NCBI GenBank assembly: GCA_963779925.1
Contig: CAVZZS010000012.1
Location: 1-39,134, forward strand
Direction of reading: 5' to 3'
DNA length: 39,134 nucleotides
From: an uncultured Nanoarchaeota archaeon
GTDB taxonomy: Archaea; Nanobdellota; Nanobdellia; Pacearchaeales; GW2011-AR1
A program made the position numbers and the translations under genes. This document shows, piece by piece, positions 1 to 6,688 of the stretch (positions within the stretch are counted from its first letter, which is position 1; each line of letters opens with the position of its first letter). The notes beneath the pieces were generated by a model that was given only the letters and a program-made list of their open reading frames with translations, was not told where the DNA came from and searched no databases.

Positions 1-770
1 GAGGTGTAACCATTTGGATTTGAAGCAAGATAAAAAGTCCCATTAGCGGCATATAGATATCCTGCGGTTAAATTGTATCCTCCTGAAAAGATTGTTTGTG
101 CGGAGATATTACTTAGAGCAGTTAGGTTGCTAAATGAAACATTAGAAGTTGTGTTCAAAACCTGATTGAATGGATTGCCTGCAACAGGACTTATTCCGGT
201 AATATACTGCCCATTTCCCATAAGATAATTAGCAGTCACATTTCCAGTTACATTAACATTTCCGCTGGCATTTATGTCCTGAACAAAGAGAGCAGATATT
301 CTGTTTATAAGACTTCCAAGATAAGAGAAAAATCCATAATTTGCATTCGTGATATTGTAGCTTCCAAGATTAAGGTTTGTATCGATTGCAACACCCGACA
401 GAGAAACATTTGTTGCAGCAAAAGAAGAGGGTGTTCTTGCTAATTCAACTGTATCTGACAAAACTCCATTTCGATAATAACAAAGCCAATATTGCTGTGA
501 ATAATCCAGAGTTGCATTTTGCAAATAATAAGAAATAATTCCTCTTGAATCCGTAGTCAAAGTTGTAGAATTAGAATAAACAACGCTCGAACAATCGGGC
601 GTGCTTGAGATATTAAAAACAAAGGCAAAAGTCCCTGTCTGTATGCTGCCATTGCTATAAGTTGTCTGAATATTTAAGTGCAAATCATTGTATGCGGATA
701 CGGCAGAAACAACACCTGCGAATGCTAAGAAAATAAGAATAAATAGAAAGAACATACCCCCCTTTTTCAT
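1..770 (-). CDS. Secreted Asn/Ser/Thr-rich surface protein, tail-fibre-like (partial, runs off the left edge)
   Basis: Hand-translated from ATG 770: MKKGGMFFLFILIFLAFAGVVSAVSA (signal peptide) ...GNVNVTGNVTANYLMGNGQYITG..., open to position 1. Many N-x-S/T sequons. TTTATAAA box 29 nt upstream. Absent from the ORF track. Confidence 0.8.
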   Translation of the reverse strand, partial: MKKGGMFFLFILIFLAFAGVVSAVSAYNDLHLNIQTTYSNGSIQTGTFAFVFNISSTPDCSSVVYSNSTTLTTDSRGIISYYLQNATLDYSQQYWLCYYRNGVLSDTVELARTPSSFAATNVSLSGVAIDTNLNLGSYNITNANYGFFSYLGSLINRISALFVQDINASGNVNVTGNVTANYLMGNGQYITGISPVAGNPFNQVLNTTSNVSFSNLTALSNISAQTIFSGGYNLTAGYLYAANGTFYLASNPNGYT

Positions 771-814
771 TAAGTTATTATAGAATTATTATTTATAAAT
801 TTCTCTGTAAGCAA

Positions 815-2053
815 TCAAAGTCCCCGTGATATTGCATCCGAACATCCTTCCTGACTATTCCAAATTTGATAATTATTTCCAGAAGAAATATTTGCGACAG
901 AGTAAAGTTTCACATAAGTCAAGCCCCCATCATCCGGGATGTAATCCATAAGTGAAAGTCTTATGCATGCTGGCTCATTGCTTCCAGGAAATCTTACATA
1001 ATGAGCTCCATCATTATATGTAGCAATATCGGTACCGGATGTTGGTAAAGAAGAGCTATTAAAAAAGTAAACTACATTAGAAGGCCAAACTGACGAAATT
1101 ATGCCACTGTTTGACATAACATAGGATTCACATTGCCAATAAGTATCGCAAAATGAACCTGCCTTGCAGGCTCCGCAACTCAGTTGACCGCCGCATCCAT
1201 CAGGAGGAGTTCCGCATTGATAATTTGAAATTTGACAGGTTGAAGGATTACAGGTTGGATTTTGAGAATCAGCACACTGAAAATTAGACAAATTGCAATA
1301 TTGTCCGGTGCCGCATGAACCGCAACTAATGTCCCCGCATGTCCCATTGCTTACAGATCCACAGGTATATCCATTATTTGTGCAAAGGCCTGCAAATGTT
1401 GAATTAGGCGCAGGACTGCAGGTAGGTCCGATATTTACACACTGATGAGTTATAAGATTGCATGTCTGACTCGGATTACAGTCTCCGCAATCAACTGCTG
1501 AACAGCTTCCATTATTTACATCGCCACAGGTATATCCATTATTTGTGCAAAGATCTGCGAATGTTGGATTAGATGCGGGAGTACAAGTGTTGCCATTAAG
1601 AAGGGTATTATTCCCAAAAGTGTAAGTGTCTGTAATGCCGCCAATCTGCTGAGCGCCGCCATTTTCAGAATTATAAATCGGAGCAACAGAAACGGTTTTT
1701 GCAGAATTAATGCTTACTTGCTGCGGAGAAAGTGTAAAGGTCCTTCCTTCATAGATGCTAAGATTTGCATTCTGCTTTATAGCTTCATAAGTTAATCCGT
1801 CTGAAAAAACAAAATTTACCCCTACTAGGTTTCCTGCCCCGGGCTGTCGCTGAACTGTAACTGAGATAGTATTTGCCCCTTTGGCTGCTTGGGTAATTTT
1901 CAGATTAAGAGTCAATCCGCCTAATGAAATTCCCTGGCTGCTTGAAGAAACAAGATTTTGGATAACAACCCACACTATTCCAATGAGTACAATGACTAAG
2001 AGAACAAGCAATAATGTAGCTATTACATTCGATATACCCCTTTTATTGAACAT
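815..2053 (-). CDS. Archaeal type IV pilin-like protein (class III signal peptide) with three Cys-rich modules
   Basis: N-terminus MFNKRG/ISNVIATLLLVLLVIVLIGIVW is a prepilin-peptidase-type signal. Three 8-Cys modules follow the pilin body. Confidence 0.85.
   Translation of the reverse strand: MFNKRGISNVIATLLLVLLVIVLIGIVWVVIQNLVSSSSQGISLGGLTLNLKITQAAKGANTISVTVQRQPGAGNLVGVNFVFSDGLTYEAIKQNANLSIYEGRTFTLSPQQVSINSAKTVSVAPIYNSENGGAQQIGGITDTYTFGNNTLLNGNTCTPASNPTFADLCTNNGYTCGDVNNGSCSAVDCGDCNPSQTCNLITHQCVNIGPTCSPAPNSTFAGLCTNNGYTCGSVSNGTCGDISCGSCGTGQYCNLSNFQCADSQNPTCNPSTCQISNYQCGTPPDGCGGQLSCGACKAGSFCDTYWQCESYVMSNSGIISSVWPSNVVYFFNSSSLPTSGTDIATYNDGAHYVRFPGSNEPACIRLSLMDYIPDDGGLTYVKLYSVANISSGNNYQIWNSQEGCSDAISRGL
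1359..1552. repeat. Intragenic 29-bp direct repeat (Cys-module duplication)
   Basis: CCACAGGTATATCCATTATTTGTGCAAAG at 1359-1387 and 1524-1552, 165 bp (55 aa) apart, encoding LCTNNGYTCG twice. Confidence 0.9.
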
Positions 2054-2172
2054 GTCTCTTGAATAAATCTATCAAAAAATAAATCAATAAAGCTTTATAA
2101 ATAATCCTGTATAAATTTTGTGAATAAGGAACTTAAGGTAAATGGGGTTAAGAAACCGTAAGTTTCTTGTAT

Positions 2173-2247
2173 GAGCCTGTAGCTCAGCCTGGCTAGAGCA
2201 CTGCTCTGATACGGCAGGGGTCCAAGGTTCAAATCCTTGCAGGCTCA
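2173..2247 (+). tRNA. tRNA-Ile(GAT)
   Basis: Acceptor GAGCCTG/CAGGCTC, D-arm GCTC/GAGC, anticodon arm CTGCT-CTGATAC-GGCAG, T-arm CAAGG-TTCAAAT-CCTTG. CCA not encoded. Confidence 0.95.
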
Positions 2248-2324
2248 TTTCAGAAAAATATTTATTTGCCTGTCATTTCGGAATAATCATAAGTATATAT
2301 AAATAAAAAAGTTTTTTAAGGAAA

Positions 2325-3398
2325 ATGGAAACAAGGGTGAGAGAAATACAGAGAAAAATTACTGAAAAGAGCGATAAAGGACCAAGCGAAGAAGAATTTC
2401 TTTCTATACTGAAGTTAATTGTTCCGGGAACAAATTTCAGGGCAGCCTTGGATGGAGCATTGAAGGTGGGCAAGGGCGCTTTGATTGTGATTGACAATGG
2501 AAATGCATTCGGATTGTTTGAAGGGGGTTTCAGAATAAATACAAACTTCACGCCGCAAAAATTAATTGAACTCACAAAGATGGATGGAGCAATAGTCCTG
2601 AGTAAAGATGCAAAAAAGATAAACTATGCTAATGTGCTTCTCACTCCAAACAGCAAAATAAAAACGAATGAAACCGGAACCAGGCATAAAGCTGCCGAGA
2701 GAACAGCAAAGCAGGCGGGAACTCTTGCGGTCGCAATCTCAGAAAGAAGAAGCGTGATTACAATTTATTACAAAGACATAAGATATCCTCTGATCTCGAC
2801 AGATGAGCTTCTGAGAAAAACAAATGAGCATCTTCAGCTTTTGGAGAAGCAGAGGGAGCTGTTCGATAACTATTCTGAAAAATTGATAAAAATGGATCTG
2901 AAGAATTATTTCAATTTAAGTCAGGCGATACTGGTCATACAAAAAGGAAGATTGATAGAAAAGATCGCATCAGAATTAAAGAGATATTCCATAGAGCTTG
3001 GAAGAGAAGGAACTTTATTGAGGATCCGTCTGAAAGAAATTCTTTCGGGTGTTGAAAAAGAAACGGATGTTGTGGTGAAAGATTATGCAAAACTCAATTT
3101 GGATCAGACTATATTAGTCTTAAATGCACTGAACTATGAAGAGATTCTTGATGAAAATGTGGTCTGCCAAGTTCTGGGATATGAAAATCCAAATGTTAAT
3201 GATACTATACCTGGCTGGCATATACTGACAAAAACATCTCTTTCAGAAGCTGAAATAGACTCCGCCATAAGAAAAGCAGGAAGCTGGAATAATATCTTAA
3301 ATGCAAATGAGGAATATTTCATTGATGTTATCGGAGAGGAAAAAGCCAAGGCATTAATAGAAGATATAAAGAAGATGAAGATGAATTTCAATATTTAA
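2325..3398 (+). CDS. disA: DNA integrity scanning protein DisA (diadenylate cyclase)
   Basis: DAC motifs KMDGAIVLS and ETGTRHKAAERTA, AISERR, helical linker (ELGREGTLLRIRLKEI) and C-terminal HhH-like region. 357 aa, similar to bacterial DisA length. Confidence 0.9.
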   Translation: METRVREIQRKITEKSDKGPSEEEFLSILKLIVPGTNFRAALDGALKVGKGALIVIDNGNAFGLFEGGFRINTNFTPQKLIELTKMDGAIVLSKDAKKINYANVLLTPNSKIKTNETGTRHKAAERTAKQAGTLAVAISERRSVITIYYKDIRYPLISTDELLRKTNEHLQLLEKQRELFDNYSEKLIKMDLKNYFNLSQAILVIQKGRLIEKIASELKRYSIELGREGTLLRIRLKEILSGVEKETDVVVKDYAKLNLDQTILVLNALNYEEILDENVVCQVLGYENPNVNDTIPGWHILTKTSLSEAEIDSAIRKAGSWNNILNANEEYFIDVIGEEKAKALIEDIKKMKMNFNI

Positions 3399-4057
3399 TC
3401 TTCATGGGCATCAAGCTCAAGAACTAATTTCCCTTTTGAAAGTTTGTAAGCGAGAATCGGCAAAGTGATTGGAATGGATTTAAGATATGCTTTTTTATCA
3501 GAAACTGCTTTGAGTTCTATTCCTTTTTCCAAATTAAGTATTGAGATGTCTTTAGCAGATTTGACTCCAGGCAGATTAATTTCGTAAATAACCTTGTTGG
3601 AAAGGCGTCGGATATTTGTTGTAGGCTCTTCTTTTGGAAGCTTCGAAAATCTTTTTAGTTTATCCTGGGAAAGATTATCAAGGGAGACGCTTTTTATTTC
3701 CTTTTTTTCAACAATAGTTCCCATTTCGGCTTGTGATGGAGTAACATTAACTATGGGGAATTTATCGCCGATTGCCGAAATGCTAATGCTGATGCCGCCT
3801 TTTTTAATCTGGGGTTTAACTGGCTTTTTTTCTACATTTTTAATTTGCTTCTCCAGATTTTTCATAAGAGAATTGAATATCATGTTAAAGCCCGCAGGAA
3901 GCTGCAGCTCATTAAAATTCCCGTTAAAAAGATCATCCTTGCCTAGCATTCCGAGATTTTCTTTTTTAGTATCCAATGCATTTCCGCAATGTGGGCAGAA
4001 ATCATATTTCTCCTTAAGACTTCTTCCGCATCTACGGCAAATCTTCTTTTTGAACAT
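3395..4057 (-). CDS. Zinc-ribbon plus Hsp20/alpha-crystallin-like domain protein
   Basis: N-terminal CRRCG...CPHCG. C-terminal EEPTTNIRR...YEINLPGV...KGKLVLEL resembles small heat-shock proteins. Confidence 0.75.
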   Translation of the reverse strand: MFKKKICRRCGRSLKEKYDFCPHCGNALDTKKENLGMLGKDDLFNGNFNELQLPAGFNMIFNSLMKNLEKQIKNVEKKPVKPQIKKGGISISISAIGDKFPIVNVTPSQAEMGTIVEKKEIKSVSLDNLSQDKLKRFSKLPKEEPTTNIRRLSNKVIYEINLPGVKSAKDISILNLEKGIELKAVSDKKAYLKSIPITLPILAYKLSKGKLVLELDAHED

Positions 4058-4095
4058 CTAAAAAAATGCCTAACCTGATTTAAAAATCTTATGCA

Positions 4096-5475
4096 CTACT
4101 TCTTTTTGAAAAACTTGCCTAAAGACATGATTTCATGAACTTCGCACAAAACAGCCGGCTTGAATTGCTTAAAAATCAAAGTCCTTACATTTTCTCTTTT
4201 GCCTTTTATTTCTCTTGCTTCTTTAACAAGAGGCAGGAATATTACTATAGTTATCATCATTAAAATTCCGCTTATAATGAATATGAATAAGATAGGTTCC
4301 ATGAAATTTATTGTCAGGAAGCTGATTAAGAATGCCCCGACCAATGCCCCGATGAAAATTCCTATTCCTGTAAGCATGTTGAAGTATGAAATTGCAAGTC
4401 CCCTCTTTTCAGGGCGTACATTGTCATAAACAAAATTATTTGATGCTAAATTAAAGCCCGTCCATGCTATTCCATTAACTAAAGTTGGGACAAATATTAA
4501 GTAAATCGGTGATGGTGAAAATATCCACAGTATCGGAACAAAGGGTATCATGATGCTAGTAGCATATAATACAAAATAATTTCCATATTTATCGGCAATT
4601 TTCCCCCACAATTCCATGACGAGGAGAGAGAAGATTGTTCCTGCCAAAGTGATCACGATATAAATGAAATAGCTAAAATGCAAATTTCTAAGCATGTATA
4701 CTACAAAAAGAGGGGAAGATATCGATACTGCAAGATTAAGCAAAGCGCTGAAAAAAGAAAATCTGCCGAAATTCGTGCTTTTTGCCTTCAATAAAAAATT
4801 TACGAATGAGAAATAATATTCTTTGTCAAATTCCAGTTTGGGCTCATATTCTTTTTTATAAAATTTCCAGGATATTATTCTTGAAATAAAAGCCAATAAG
4901 AACAATAAAATAAATCCAAGCATGATCATATTTATCTTTGAAAAATAGTCCAGTATTAATGCGGCAGCTAATGAAAGTATAATTGAGGCAAATCCTATCA
5001 GCAGGTTTCTCTTTGAAAACCATCGGCCCCTATATTTTTCTGCAACTATATCGCCAGTCCAGGAAAACCATGCGGGAGTTCCTACATTTGAAGTGATAAT
5101 ATAAAATGCAAAGAATAGGGAGAAAATTAATGCTAGGGCATTTCTCATAATTCCTGTCCCATATAATACAGCTATTGCAATAAAAGGTATCCACCATAAA
5201 AATTCTATAAAAACAGATTTGAGCAAGATTTTCTTTCTCGAATATTTTTCCATCAATCGCGAACCAAATATCTGGCTCAACGGGCCCAAAATTCCCGAGA
5301 TTGCAGTCAGTAACGCAACCAAAGAATCGCTGGCATTGATTGCTATCGCAAAGGGGCTTAGAAAATTATCTCCAAAAGAGCTTTTAGCAGAAGAAAAAAT
5401 CCCTGCCTTGATATTATTAACTCTGGATTTGTATTTCAGCTCTTTTACCCTTGGTGTATCTTTTTCTTCTGGCAT
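4096..5475 (-). CDS. MFS transporter
   Basis: About 12 hydrophobic segments, with motifs GSRLMEKYSRK and WGKIADKYG. Start moved to ATG 5475 (MPEEKD), which has a GAGGG SD-like sequence upstream; the longer ORF overlaps tRNA-Gln. Confidence 0.9.
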   Translation of the reverse strand: MPEEKDTPRVKELKYKSRVNNIKAGIFSSAKSSFGDNFLSPFAIAINASDSLVALLTAISGILGPLSQIFGSRLMEKYSRKKILLKSVFIEFLWWIPFIAIAVLYGTGIMRNALALIFSLFFAFYIITSNVGTPAWFSWTGDIVAEKYRGRWFSKRNLLIGFASIILSLAAALILDYFSKINMIMLGFILLFLLAFISRIISWKFYKKEYEPKLEFDKEYYFSFVNFLLKAKSTNFGRFSFFSALLNLAVSISSPLFVVYMLRNLHFSYFIYIVITLAGTIFSLLVMELWGKIADKYGNYFVLYATSIMIPFVPILWIFSPSPIYLIFVPTLVNGIAWTGFNLASNNFVYDNVRPEKRGLAISYFNMLTGIGIFIGALVGAFLISFLTINFMEPILFIFIISGILMMITIVIFLPLVKEAREIKGKRENVRTLIFKQFKPAVLCEVHEIMSLGKFFKKK

Positions 5476-5487
5476 TATCCCTCTTAA

Positions 5488-5560
5488 TAGCCCCACCAGG
5501 ATTCGAACCTGGGTCACCGGCTTCAGAGGCCAGCATACTTGACCGCTGTACTATAGGGCT
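5488..5560 (-). tRNA. tRNA-Gln(CTG)
   Basis: Acceptor AGCCCTA/TGGGGCT (A1-U72, typical of archaeal tRNA-Gln), anticodon arm CTGGC-CTCTGAA-GCCGG, T-arm CCAGG-TTCGAAT-CCTGG. Confidence 0.95.
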
Positions 5561-5597
5561 TTCAATATTCAGATTAATATTGAGTATAAAAAATTAA

Positions 5598-5751
5598 TGC
5601 CCCGACCGAGATTCGGACTCGGGTCACCGCCGTTCTCTGAGTTCTAAGCGAACCCGGAAACAGTTGCATTTAGATGCAAGATTTCAGCCTTTCATCAAGG
5701 CAAAATCGCTGTTTGAGAGGGCGGCATTCTTGGCCTCTGAACTATCGGGGC
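5598..5751 (-). tRNA. tRNA-Glu(CTC) with 81-nt intron (5633-5713) at canonical position 37/38
   Basis: Acceptor GCCCCGA/TCGGGGC; CCGCC-CTCTCA|intron|C-GGCGG. Intron 3' AGAG pairs with CTCT and leaves an AA|C bulge (BHB-like). T-arm CCGAG-TCCGAAT-CTCGG. Confidence 0.9.
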
Positions 5752-5769
5752 TTATCAAAGAATTATGGA

Positions 5770-6018
5770 CTATTTAACAATATAAACCTTATCGTTCGGT
5801 CTGACTTTCTCGGTAATTTTTATTCCGACATGCTCGCCTTTTTTTGCTTTTTGCAGAGCTTTCCCTTCTAATTGAATGCTTGAAATTTTCTGCTCAAAAT
5901 CAGTTGTATGCCCTTTTATGTGAACTTTATCGCCAACACTTAAGGCATCGGAAAGTTTCACCGCAGCCACACCGACTTTGCTGAAAAACATTGAGATTTC
6001 ACCCACCAATTTTTCCAT
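5770..6018 (-). CDS. Small EF-Tu domain II-like beta-barrel protein (peptidase U32 C-terminal-like)
   Basis: VGEISMFFSKVGVAAVKL...VGDKVHIKGHTTDFEQ...VGIK...KVRPNDKVY pattern. Confidence 0.75.
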   Translation of the reverse strand: MEKLVGEISMFFSKVGVAAVKLSDALSVGDKVHIKGHTTDFEQKISSIQLEGKALQKAKKGEHVGIKITEKVRPNDKVYIVK

Positions 6019-6047
6019 ATAAATATATTTTCAAGAACTATTTAAAT

Positions 6048-6605
6048 TTAGTTAAAATTAACCTTAACGGGCTTTTTTTCAGCCTCTGCTATCTGCAGAT
6101 ATTCTCTTTTTTTCTTGCCATAAATGCTTGCAAAGAAAGTTCCTGGGAATGTTGTGCACATATTATTGTAAGTCAAAATGCTATCATTATAGAACTGCCT
6201 TGAATAAGCTATTCTGTCTTCTGTTGTTGATAGTTCTCTTTGCAATTCTAAGAAGTTCTCGTTAGCCTTTAAATTTGGATAATTCTCCGCTATAGCAAAT
6301 AATTTTCCTAAAGCGCCTTGCAGAACATTGTTTGCTTTTACTCTGCCTACTAAATCGCCTGCGGAAACAAGAGCTTGCCTTGCCTTCGTAACTGCCGTCA
6401 TGATTGAACTCTCATGCTTTGCATAGCCCTTGACCGTCTCAATCAAGTTTGGAATCAGGTCTGCCCTTCTCTTCAACTGAACATCAATTTGACCCAGAGA
6501 ATTATCAATCCTGTTCCCCAAAACTGCTAATCTGTTGAAATAGTAAAAGAAGATTAATGCGATAACTACAACCGCAATGCCCAATATTACAAATCCTAAA
6601 GCCAT
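6048..6605 (-). CDS. lemA: LemA family protein
   Basis: N-terminal TM; IDVQLKRRADLIPNLIETVKGYAKHE; AENYPNLKANENF; SRQFYNDS. Confidence 0.93.
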   Translation of the reverse strand: MALGFVILGIAVVVIALIFFYYFNRLAVLGNRIDNSLGQIDVQLKRRADLIPNLIETVKGYAKHESSIMTAVTKARQALVSAGDLVGRVKANNVLQGALGKLFAIAENYPNLKANENFLELQRELSTTEDRIAYSRQFYNDSILTYNNMCTTFPGTFFASIYGKKKREYLQIAEAEKKPVKVNFN

Positions 6606-6688
6606 AATTGAATAAAAAAAAGTTTCTTTATAAATTTAATGAATCGTCTGTACAAAAAATTTATTAACGTTCTTTCTTTTAGAGAAAT

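Noticed and set aside
2150-2168. Hairpin AAGAAAC-CGTAA-GTTTCTT upstream of tRNA-Ile
   Set aside because: A short AT-rich stem with no second copy or other support.
5476-5517. N-terminal extension of the MFS ORF
   Set aside because: It overlaps tRNA-Gln on the same strand; ATG 5475 is the plausible start.
5561-5597. Leaderless tRNAs as in Nanoarchaeum (life without RNase P)
   Set aside because: Applying the 29-nt rule predicts leaders of about 3 nt (Gln), 5 nt (Glu) and about 10 nt (Thr, Ile), so 5' trimming is probably still needed.
5633-5713. Hammerhead ribozyme in the tRNA intron (TGATGA...GAAA)
   Set aside because: It lacks the CUGANGA core, and stems II and III cannot be formed in the required arrangement.
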